DNA from: Phoronis australis
Lineage: Eukaryota > Animalia > Phoronida
Reading direction: 5' to 3'
NCBI GenBank assembly: GCA_002633005.1
Contig: NMRA01000707.1
Coordinates: forward strand, 84,478-148,477
Length of the DNA stretch: 64,000 nt
Within the stretch, counting starts at the first letter, position 1. Each line of letters begins with the position of its first letter. Under the pieces are notes generated by a model. The model searched no databases. It saw nothing but the letters and a program-made list of their open reading frames with translations, and had not been told where the DNA came from. A program made the translations under genes and the position numbers. Shown one piece after another: positions 12,801 to 23,788 of this stretch.

Positions 12801-15800
12801 CCTTCAAGTTTAGATTGCTTCATACCCGGCATGGCATAGACGTGGTAGGCCCCTACTGGCGCCAGGGAGCAACAATGCCGAAATTCGTCCTTGGCAGGTC
12901 TTTCCTGGCAGAAGGTTGTTAAAACGTACGTTCATAAGCGTCGTCCAAAGTTCGCGATAACCGAATAGGGCGGGGGCGAAACTTGTTAAATTGAAGGTGC
13001 AAGGTTCGCGGCAAACGTAGGTAGAAGAATGAACTGACGCCTCGCATTTTCTTCGTACCGGTCATTGAAAAACTTCCTAATCTTGCACATGTTATATTTT
13101 TATTTCTTTTGCCGAGGGCAGCAGCACACTCTCATCTGCCCATCTAGCTGTGCCATGCCGCGCGGTCGCGAGTCATCTCAGTAGTGGGATGCTTCTTGGT
13201 CAAATTAAGGCTCTAGGTCAAAAGAGAACGGTCAAGGGTCACGTACGGTGAGTGCAACCAAAAGTGACATCGTCCGCGTATGGCGGAAGGAAGTGACAAG
13301 GACGCCACACCTCATTAGGTAATGGATTGAACTGAACCTGTTAGAGAGGAACCTGATCCAAGGTCATGCGTGTTATCGGAAGTCGTCAGTAAACCGGAAG
13401 GTCGAATTGGAAATAACATGACAGGTGACGTTATCAGGTACATTAGGGCGTGTCACCGTCTACCAACCCGGATGTTCTGACACTAAAATGACGTTGAATA
13501 GGTTGTGTTTGTAGAGTTCAACTGGTCGAGGGCCGAAACAAAATAGGAATTACGCTTCTGAAAAAAAAAATTGGATTACCTTATTTTGCGTGCACTACGT
13601 GTGGTCATTGCTCTTTCCCCTTGGTTGTCTCTCATCTCTCAAAAACAGATTTTGCGCATATACCGTGACAAATGATAATGGGATAATCACCTTACTCAAC
13701 AACAGATGTCGCGTATAACCAATGAAAAATGAAAAGGAGATTACCACCTAACCCAACAACAGATGTCGCACATACCTTACTCAGGCACCGACGGTACAAA
13801 ATTAATAATGAGATATTGTGACCACCTAAATTAGAACATAAACTTAATATTGTTTAAACGTGTATTAATAACAAAGAACTTTCGAATAAACCATAAACAC
13901 CACCAAGACTTGCAGACATCATCAAATGTCCCTAATTAAACGTCCGAAGGTTCAGTGGTGACGCCGTCGTCGAAGACCTGTTTTTGAGATATAACTTTGT
14001 GAGACCTCGACGTTGCACTCCTTTACAGCTAAAATGAAATTTACAGTCATCCGTCCCCACGTAATAAGTTTTAGAGCAAAGTGCGATGCACTAGTCCCCT
14101 TCGAATTCCAACTTCAATGAACCAGGCGTGCCCGTGTTGTAGACCCCGTTTTCTTCAGTGTGTCTGTTCGCGGAAACCAAAGTTGTTTTTTCCCTCTCGA
14201 AAGCCGCTTGCATGTCGGGTTTAATCACGTCCTCTAGAAAGTTGCCGGATATATCCATATAGGTCGTGTCCTGTGTCCATCTCGCAATATTCGAAATCGT
14301 ATCTGTCGACAAATGTTAACATCAAAAGTCCTAGTAAAACTTCAACATGCCCAACGTCGTCTACTGATAAATAAAGAAGAAATGGCAGGTTCAGGCGGAC
14401 GGTCTTATTTTTTATATCGTTGTTATAGTACGTAGACGATAAATAGACGAGGCATGCCTAAGTTAGTGGTACAAATTGCACGTAATGCACCCACTAGGCC
14501 TATAAAGAAAGTTATATGCCAGGTCAAAAGTACTGAAAAGATCCATACATGTATGCCTGTCGAAAGTACTGAAAAGATCCTAATGCCTGTCGAAAATAGT
14601 GACAGATCCATATACCTGTGGAAAGTACCGAAAAGATCCAGCATCTTATTAAATCAGACGGGTTCGAATTGTGTTTTTTCGAATTATACTTAATTGACCC
14701 TGCATAAAGTAAGATACGTGTCAGCCCGGACTTTATCGAAACTTATACAAGGAAAACTGGTGTAAGTAATCCAGTACACAGTTAATATGAAGCGTGCGGA
14801 TATTTAATACTTCTCGTACGGATAACAGTGACTGAGCGCCTGGATAATTTTTGTAATGTATTCGAATGTTCTTTGTTATTAATACACGTTTAAAGAATAT
14901 TAAATTTGTGTTCTATTTTAGGTGGTCACAATATCTTATTATTAGTATTATTAGTTTAGTATCGTCGGTATCTGGGATAGGTATATGCGATATCTGTTGC
15001 TAAGTAAGTATCATTTGTCGCAGATTATGCACATCATCTGTTTTCGCCCGGAGAGATAAGAGAGAACCAAGGGGATACAACAATGACGAGCCGTGGCCGG
15101 TGTGACTTCCTTCCGGTAGAAAGATGATGTCTCTTTCGTTGCACTCGCCGCACGTGACTTTTGACCTTTCCTTTTGACCTATGACCTTTGACCGAGGTGC
15201 CTCCCAAACGGGCGTCCTAAACGACTTACGATACTGCACATCTCTCCAAACGTTGTGACGGTAGAAAGCCTTTCAAATGGTGAGACTCTTTTGTTAAACA
15301 AAATCATCATTTTTCTCTGGAGGAAACACCCTTTTAATATAGGAATTTAATTTCACGTGTCTGCAAAAGCAATCTGCCCCATAATCTATGATTCTACAGT
15401 ATATGTACTTACGACCCGAGCTGCTTTGGCGTCGGCTTCGGCTGTGAATTTCGATGTGATCTTCATATATAGACTCGTCGGTGTATTCAATCTTCAGTTC
15501 TGTAACATAAATGCATTAGTTGCATTGTACATCTTTATTTCAATACTGCACACAATATCGCAGTTAAACACAGGGATTATGTTTCGTCCGAGGCCAGTTG
15601 GACCAAACTCTCGGTAGGACATTTGCGTTTACGAGTCCATTACCAAGAACAATAATAAATTTTCTTTAATCTTGCCTCAGTTACCTTCAACAACTGTTTT
15701 AGCAAATGCTCTTTCGCCACCAATAAATCCGCACACGAGGTCACGTTCTGGCCGACATCAGGTGCAGTATTTTCAATGGTCGTAATCCTGATTATACTAC

Positions 15801-17010
15801 ATGTAAAAGTAAACCCAGTCGTAGGATAAACTGTTATTGCTTTAAGGGTGAAACATATTGCTGCTGACATAAACGTAATCGTAACTCAAATTCAACCTAA
15901 ATAGCCACCTCGTCATTTCACGAACTATCAGTTGTTTGCACTATTTCAAAATACGACTGTCATATACATGTAGCTATGACCGGGCGTTCGAGCTTTGATC
16001 GTAAATTGGGATCCACGGCAGACATGTCTTCACCTACTACCGTCGTCCTGCTGATAACATCCAAGGTATGTACATAATTTGATCCTTAGAACACTAACCA
16101 TTCCATATGCTTACTTTTGCATGTGCATTTCTTCACAAACTCCCCCACCCCCAAGCTGTGGCTAATGTGTCGCGAAGGAAAACTATAAATGGCTTCCACT
16201 GAATGTGAACGTTTTTATTGAAGGAAAGAAGTGGGACACGAGCTTGGCAATTCTAACAGGCAATTGCTTACATTGTTTGTTCAGTTTCTTAACCAGACGT
16301 AGGTAATGTTTTAAAGGTGTGATCTAGCTCGTTTGTTAACTGCCAACCACAGTCTTTTGTCTGGTATGACAACTGGCAGGCCAATCATTGTCTACCAGGC
16401 TTATTACAGACCACGTGTGAACAGGATACATTCGGAAAGAATAGTCTGTAGCAAGTTCGGTTGTAGTTGGGCGCTTTTGGCGATTCAAAAACTAAACATG
16501 ATCAGCATTTGACAAGGAATTATTAAATTCTATCGATGTATGTTCAAATACGTACATGTAATAACATAACTTTTATTTTTAACAGCACAGCCCAGTCAGG
16601 CTAGATACGATCTCATTGGAGATTAGAGCAATTATCGAACACAAGGAAACTGGCCCTCCAACCTTAACTGCTAACTTGGAGTTAATCAGTCATGTAACAT
16701 ATTGGCTACAGGTGTCATCTTCAAGTTAACTTATTCATGGGCTCCGAATTGGAAAAGTTAAGATCAACGGTAAAACGCCGTAGAGTTATGAACGCGTGTT
16801 TTTCTCACAACGGCGATAATAGTACACCAACCTCCTACTATGTCTTTCTCTTCAACAGCCACAAAAGTGATGTTTACCTGAAACATCAATCAAGAAGAAG
16901 AGAGAGCGATGATGCAGGCACATAAATATTCTTTCACTTACCTGTCGATGTCATAAACGTGGTGGCCTTGCCATGACCATTTGGACAAAACAAATGATAA
17001 CCAATCCCAT
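9869..17010 (-). CDS. Gene B: tandem paralogue of gene A (same 7-exon layout); apparent in-frame TGA after the signal peptide, so possibly a recent pseudogene or null allele
   Basis: Exons: 17010-16942 (MGLVIICFVQMVMA-RPPRL*HRQ), 16877-16832 (VNITFVAVEEKDIVG), 15499-15413 (ELKIEYTDESIYEDHIEIHSRSRRQSSSG), 12431-12264 (CTDDPTTSITVTLKETGQQIKNVSCVAFFLRTGIGFCGHKELEKRCCATRHRHCE), 11729-11595 (CPDFPGTLVNGYTCDEFFQLTGSQSCAIDKLRQHCCGSRRRYCE), 10985-10848 (CYQDTTGIRINDMTCKEVLSKSDKAQLCDHHLIKQHCCASVAHYC), 10062-9869 (CKADVPGALFFHGNAKGNLANCASIFTVGNLVDTCKHPNAWEKCCKTRQHYCETPPETSLIGR*). The last five exons have the same lengths as in gene A (87,168,135,138,194). The first exon is the least certain. Confidence 0.82.
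11760..12100. repeat. Degenerate CAG/CAA/CAC trinucleotide tract in an intron of gene B
   Basis: Runs of agc/aac/cac; source of the spurious poly-Ser/Asn, poly-Leu and poly-Ala/Val ORFs. Confidence 0.85.
13985..14370 (-). pseudogene. Protein-primed family B DNA polymerase (pPolB) fragment, disrupted
   Basis: Frameshifted and stop-containing translation: MLKFY*DF..FVDRYDFEYCEMDT..YMDISG..LEDVIKPDMQAAFEREK..TPGSLKLEFEGD*CIALCSKTYYV..KFHFSCKGV. This matches the DTDS-region, TPG-x-K-x-E and KxY...SCKG motif order of Polinton pPolB. Confidence 0.8.
14527..14640. repeat. Short tandem repeat (~27-35 bp, 4 units) inside the Polinton remnant
   Basis: Repeated aaagtactgaaaagatcc...tgcctgtcg. Confidence 0.75.
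16300..16785 (+). mobile_element. MITE family 1, copy 2 (in a gene B intron)
   Basis: Contains ctaccaggcttattacagaccacgtgtgaaca and cagcacagcccagtcaggctagatacgatct; ends aacggtaaaacgccgta. Confidence 0.75.
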
Positions 17011-17789
17011 CAGATGAGTCTTAATCTATGGAATATGAATAACTAGCAAGCATATTTGACTTACAACTGGGCACCGGTAAAACGCACGTGTGTAACAGAC
17101 CCACTACAATAAGAGTGGGACTTGCATGCTATTTCCTTATCTCTGTTCTAAACACAAGTTGTAACGATATTGCGAATATGAAGCACATTGGAAATTGCAA
17201 AATGTTTCTAAGAACGGGTTGTGTCGAATTTGATTAATCACTCACCCATTTCCAGTAAGTTTCGTGACATGGTATTGGGGAATAACAGCTGCATGATATG
17301 AGCCCCCAAGGCACGTCATTAATACAAAGCTCAATTATTTGTAGACTATTTTCCCATCTACAAGTTTTCAATTAATACGCTTGTACTTTGTTTAGCGTAG
17401 ATGATGTTCAGATAGCATTGACGTTTAGTTCCTGTCATGCATGAGCACAGTAGGAACAAGCAAATAAATATTTGATTAAAATTTACCCCTTCGATTGTAG
17501 GTTTGATATTGCTATCACTATCCAAAGTTATCAACTGTTCTCAGATAGTCTTAGGATTTTTCGTTCACTCTATTGTTTTACTTATGGAGAATAATACTAA
17601 TATGGTGAGCCTGGGATCATACTTTCAATCCTGCTCTGGCAGAACGTGTACGTGTAAAAGATGAAAGCGCTCTAGGGAGTGACACTTGACAAAATTTAAT
17701 GATAAATGATAACATTCGAGGTGATGATGAATGCTGATCGCAAAATTGTTATGATGAGCTCAGCCATGTACACTAAGTTTGGTGAAGTT

Positions 17790-18003
17790 GAATGACGATT
17801 ATGATGATGATTGCAGTGATGATGATGCTGATGATGATGATGATTAACGCTCCCATGACACATACGAGTTTAGGGGCGATGGCACCTACGGCACTACACA
17901 TATATGAACGACGTTGGAAACGACAACATCGTATCGCCATCCCCGTCATAATTGTTATCATCATCATCGTCATCATCATGGTCATCATTATCATCGTCAT
18001 CAA
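17790..18003. repeat. (GAT)n-like tract followed by a (ATC)n-like tract (inverted microsatellite pair)
   Basis: 17792-17845 atgatgatg... and 17946-18001 atcatcatc... Confidence 0.75.
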
Positions 18004-21000
18004 ATATTGATGACGAAATTTATACACATACTAAGAATAATACAACCTGGTCAGTCAGCCACCCTCATTTTAAATACCACAATAATAAATAAATAAATAA
18101 ACCGCCATGTTATTAAACCTTGAGACAACCACTGCAAGCCTGCCAACGTACATTTACCTTACCCTCACCAATCAATCTTGAATACCTCGAGAAGGGTAAA
18201 TCGCAACGATATATGAATCGAACCCTATACTTGTAGATCATGACGAAATCTATTCGAGCGAAAAGTTTAAAAAATAATTCAGCAAAGGGCAACGGAGCTA
18301 CGGCACAAGATAATCTCGAATAACTTCAGAAAGGTGAAGTGGTAGAGAAAAATTGTTCGCACATCTCTGAAAGCTCTTGAAGAGATCTGTCGACTGAATG
18401 TCAAAAAAATCCATCCAAGGGCCGCGGAGGTTGAGATCAAAGCAACCGAAATGGCCGCCACAGCGCCATCTTGTGTCTGGTTTCGCCTCGGGTAAATGAG
18501 GAGATACACTTTGTAAATTTTATATGGATTAGACAAACATGCGACCTGAGACGTGCGTTCAAGCAAAACCAGGAAGAACTTTTCACGAAAGAGCAACAGG
18601 AATGACTAATTTCATTGTCAAATAACGAAAACAATGTCGTCAGAGGAACATATCCGGCAAAACTTCATTTCACCAAGTTCTTGTATTTCAAATAAAAAAG
18701 CAGATTAGATTTTGTTTCTACCCTGACTCGTTTTGAGACCTGCTTTCACTGGCTTATTTCATCCGACATGGCGCTACTTGTATACCGTGTAGAATGGCCG
18801 CCGGAATTCGTTAAATTCCGCTTTCACCCCATTTCCTCCTACCTGTCTCTCTGATGCCAAGTTGAAACCCGTGTGGTCTTTAAAAGCGCTCACAGCGGTG
18901 ATAAGTAGTACTAATGGTACTAACGACATCGTGTCCGTCTTTACTTCAATAGGCTTCGTTAGGAAACTATTGTGATTAAAAGTAAAATATTTGTATCGTC
19001 ACTTAACTCGAGCAATTTAAGCGCATAGTGTAATTACGAGTCGAAAGAAACTTTTAATAATTAGATACTATTATCTTAAATTTAAAAGCAAGCACTTCAG
19101 TTTTCAATCACTCACTATTCTACGGGAAATCCCTATTGTTTTGTCAAGTCTACATGACCTTTATGTACGACTTTTCTAAAGTGAACTCTAAATTATGCAA
19201 ACGTGACAACATACGCGCTCCGCATTAACTGTATCAAAGTATTCCTTTTTGGGTTGTACGGTAATATTTCCTATCAAAAGGTCCCGTATTTTAGGCCCAG
19301 TCTTCTTCATTAAATAAAGGGCTCCAAACTGGTTCTCAGAATCCGGGACCTTTGACCATGACCCCGATAGGTAGTCTAGTAAAAAAATACGCAACGATTG
19401 GAGTATTGCCATAAATTATGCAAATTTCCCTTTTTGGTCAGCCTGTACGAATCTGGTTCAACGTGAAATTCAAAATCTCATTTATACGTTGACAAAACCT
19501 ATACCACCTGTTAAAAATCAATGTACAGAGATCAACTGTCACAGCGAAGAATGCAATAAAATGGATTAGATTTTTAAAGCAAAAAATCTTACTGTCGAGA
19601 TCTCGACGTCGTGTCTCCGCAAAAGTTGTTTGGGATCTACACCTATCTGCATGCGTACACATGTTAATTCTCAGTTAAGATTGTAGGCCTTTCAGGTCTG
19701 TTCAATTTACCGATAAGATCAACATATGTTTTCAGATGTCGAATTTTAACAGAAAAATGGACCAAAATAGGCATCTGGAAGCATAACGTCGCAATGGAAT
19801 CTGTGGCCAGCACATGGAAAATCACTTCGATGGCTTACATAGAATTGCAATTTATTAAGACGAGCAGTAATTGAAGTAAACAAAGCCGAGGGAACCCGAT
19901 CCAGTGGCTTAAGTCCAAACAAGTACAGTGCATAAAGGCGTGTGCATGTGGTGGAGAGGATATCAGCATCCTTCCGACCGAGGCATGCGCATTGATACCC
20001 ACACACGGAATTCCTTGTGCCGTTCATCATGTTACCGCAGTGCCACTTTTCAATATAGAGTAGGTGGCATTGTGTCAGAGGGTAAATTTGCATAGGACCT
20101 ATAACAAACAATACCGTTGTTAGAAGTGTATCAGGATTTTCATGAAGTGAAGTAATCGACTACAATGATATATAGAGAAAAAGCATAAAGTTGAACAAAA
20201 CTATCCTGATAATAGTTTAATTACTGTTCAGAAGTTCTTCCGGCGTCCAAAATACTCTCGCTTCTTTTAAATGAATTTTTTTCTGAGAAATCAATTGAAC
20301 TATCTCCAGGATTTTGAGTGACGGCTTATCTATTCTATCAGAACGCAGCATTATTAATATACCTTCGTTTCCAAGCCGCCAGTTTACTCTACAAATAACG
20401 CGTTGCCGGGTAAAACTTGTTGTTCGTTTGTCGACGTTCCTCAAGGGGCGGAGCTTGCGATTCATATACATGTAGGCAGGAAGAGATAACCAGGACTGGT
20501 TATCTCCTGGTTATATTGACTTCTGTTACTGCCCGACTCCTTCCAAGCTAACTTTTGACCAATCAAAGTGCGCACAGTTCAGACATGATGACCGAAACTT
20601 CAGAAATTTGCTAATGCAGTGTAGATACCCTAGAAAACTGGTGTTCGTTCCGTACACGCGAAAGACTAGCGAAAATGCAAAATTTTGCAAGACGTCGCTA
20701 CAAGTGAAGAATGTAAACGCACTAACTTCCTTCGCTAATTTCTTGGGCCTACGGAACGCAGCCCTGTATAGGTTGGTGTTTTTTTATTACATGCCTGGTT
20801 TTGGATTTGTATTTTGAAATACGTCCTTCATGAGTTGAACTTGCACATCAAAAATTCTCAGGAATCTGTTTTCAACTGAGATGGCCACCCATTGCGTAAG
20901 CCACACGACATGATCCTGATCAGTTTACATGTATTTGATACAGCGAGAACTACGATTTTGAAAAGATATTCATATACCAAGATATTGGAGTTGTTTGGGG

Positions 21001-21763
21001 AAACTTTCGATGTTTTTGATCGTATAACGCCATTGAGAATGTTGCCTTTTATAAATCACAAATAAGGACCATCGAGTTCTTCTATTTTTTATTCCAGTCG
21101 ATTTGCTAGTGTTTTCCTGTACTCTCACCTTTCTGATTATTTTCGTACTGTGTCCTGACTTGCTTCGCATACAAAAAAAAACAATTCTCAGGTTTTTCAT
21201 GACCAATTTCAGTGGCCGATAAGACAAAAAAAGATAATACAAAAAAAAAACAGAGCAAAGAACCGTTGCCATTGATGTCATCAGCGGTCCACTTCCAAAG
21301 ATAACAAGTTTGATCAAATGATCTACATTGCCTGTCAAAAAGAACCACAAAGAGAGAGCAACGTATGACCACATTTTCCTTTGTGTGGAGTTCTTCAAAA
21401 AAATGCAGTCACAGACGGTCTTCTGGAGTCAAGTGGCCAACTCTTGAAAATGCAGGTTATTTAAGTCTATAGACTAAAAAGCGCATCTGGTTATTGTTTT
21501 TCGAAAATACTGAGATTCAGGGTTTGGTATTTTTTAACCATTACTTTCTCCGAAGCGATCCGAGTTCACCTGATAGTGAGACGACCACTGTGAAACTTCA
21601 CGAATTTTTACCCAGGTATCGTTTGGAAAATGTTGACGTTTCAAAATTTGAAACTTAATATGTGAATTTGTGGAGCTTTTTCAAAAAAGGTTATTTTTTC
21701 TGCAAGCGTACAGTAGGTCTCAAAATGAGCAGAGTCGCACTATATAAATCACTAGAAACCGAC

Positions 21764-22318
21764 GCCGGTGTCGTGTCCAATAATGCATCCTGGCGTGTGT
21801 TCAGCAGACGCTAGGACCTACGCTAGGCCTAGCTAAAACCTAGTCAAAGTCGCGTGTTCTCATGTAAAATACATGGCAATTTCTCACGTAATCTCGCGAA
21901 GTCTTGCTTTTTAGCGAGGTCCTAGCGTTACTGAACGGGAGGCTGTCCAATAATGCATCCAGAGCTGCCTCCCGTGTTCAGTAACGCTAGGACCTCGCTA
22001 AAAAGCAAGACTTCGCGAGACTACGTGAGATATTGCCGTGCATTTCAAATAAGAACACGTGACGTTGACTAGGTTTTAGCTAGGTCCTAGCGTAGGTCCT
22101 AGCGTCTACTGAAGGCACGCCAGCCTCCCGTTCAGTAGACCTCGCTAAAAAGCAAGACTTCGCGAAATTACGTGAGATATTGCCGTGCATTGTAAATACG
22201 AACACGTGACTGTGACTAGGTTTTAGCTAAGTCCTAGCGTAGGTCCTAGCGTCTACTGAACGCACGCCAGCTCAGGATGCATTATTGGACAGGATGCATT
22301 ATTGGACACGACACCGGC
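21764..22318. mobile_element. Fold-back MITE with a 29-bp TIR enclosing three ~150-bp family-2 units
   Basis: gccggtgtcgtgtccaataatgcatcctg ... caggatgcattattggacacgacaccggc. Internal units at 21790-21943(+), 21966-22123(-) and 22122-22272(-). Confidence 0.85.
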
Positions 22319-23788
22319 AATGGATCTCAAACGTTTCCTATTGAATTCACGCTCATAAATTGCCATCGTTTTATCGATTCCTTGGAAACTAGGGTAAACT
22401 AGAAGGTAATGCTCTCCTTCTCACCAGTGCAGTGAAAATGTGACTTAGTCAGGAATTCCATACCCCGCTGGCTCTCAACCGACCGAGTGCAACGGCACTG
22501 AGGGGACTGAGTACACTCTAGGAGCCAATAAGATAAATATACAGCTGTGTACACTTTCATATAGGTGGCGCTGTGGCAGAGAGCAGCTGGCAAAATAGGT
22601 GGCAGGAACACGATGATCTCCCGCGTGAAACTTAGGGGGAATTCCCAGTCCAGACTGTGATGGCGAGGCCAGAAGAGAGCGGGTTTGCTTGCTAGTTTTA
22701 TTGTTCATTTTTGGTGTTTAGCATATTCATAATTATGTGACAGTGTAGCACGCTTTGAAGCATTTGAAATGAGAAAGCATGTGGCTATTCTGGCTCTGCA
22801 TAAAACCACTTCAGACTACGCTCATCCACTCTGACCACACAGGCGTCCTCAGCCTCAGGCTATCTAATAGCGTCCCCAATACACGACATACAATACTAGT
22901 AATATTACATGTAGTGAATTGGGGACGATTAGAAGCTGAGGACGCCTGTGACTGACCACGGCACAGGCTTGGCTTGGGCATTTATCGGCCGTCTTACACG
23001 ATAGTAGATAGAATGTTATTATAGTGTCGTGGCTAGCAGTTGGCATGCGCCGGACATGTGGTTCAAATGGTTGTACAGTCTACAGGTTGTAGAATATAGG
23101 CAGTCGCACCGTGTGTAGTTTGATCTTTTAAATTATTATACATTTGTCTTTGACTCTAATTGAACATCTGCTGGAAATCTGGTGAGATTTGCAATCTTGC
23201 CATTTTGACAGACGTATGGATTGCTATATGAGTAGCTGCTTCTTGACTTTCGTCTGTTGTCATTCATTGCCTCATCCCTGTTAACAGTTAAGTAATCACT
23301 CATTTCGCCAGCTTAGGCTGGTGAGAGATTGCGAACCCCAACTGTGTGTTTGTGTAATATGGCGTGCACAGTCTGTACTTGATCCCTTTTCCTACTTATA
23401 GTGTATACTAGTGGTATGTTTTAAAAGGTCGAAATAAGTTCTGGTGTTCTAGTATTGCTCAACCTTCAGCCAGGTGGCACGTCTCCATTACAGTAAAAAA
23501 CTAGATCTAGTACAGCTTGGACGAAAACCGGTGATTTTTCACCTTCTTGGTGTCTGAAACTAAATTCCTTCTAAAAATTTGGTTAGTACCAATTTAACCG
23601 AATACGTAATGTATATTCACTGCAGTCCATGAACAGTAACAAAATAATTATATGAAAATGTGAAATATTACAAAATCCTCAAATAATTATTTGCTCCAAA
23701 TTGAGTGAAAAAAGGCATGGATTTTACTGATTCCCTGTGATTTTTGTAGGTCTAGGAATATGCTGATATCACGGTTACAATTGAAGAC

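Larger units (their letters stand above)
13180..15206 (-). mobile_element. Internally deleted Polinton/Maverick remnant with long TIRs
   Basis: The left end starts AGTAGT (a typical Polinton terminus). 13195-13310 is inverted at ~15090-15200, and 13760-13890 is inverted at ~14858-15000. The interior carries a pPolB relic. It lies in the gene B intron between the propeptide exon and module 1. Confidence 0.8.

Noticed and set aside
14527-14640. CRISPR-like periodic repeats (also 21790-22272 and 30340-33730)
   Set aside because: No unique spacers, no cas genes, eukaryotic context; these are tandem or transposon repeats.
16951-16953. Selenocysteine reading of the gene B TGA
   Set aside because: It falls in a propeptide with no Cys counterpart in A, and no SECIS is evident in the short 3' UTR.
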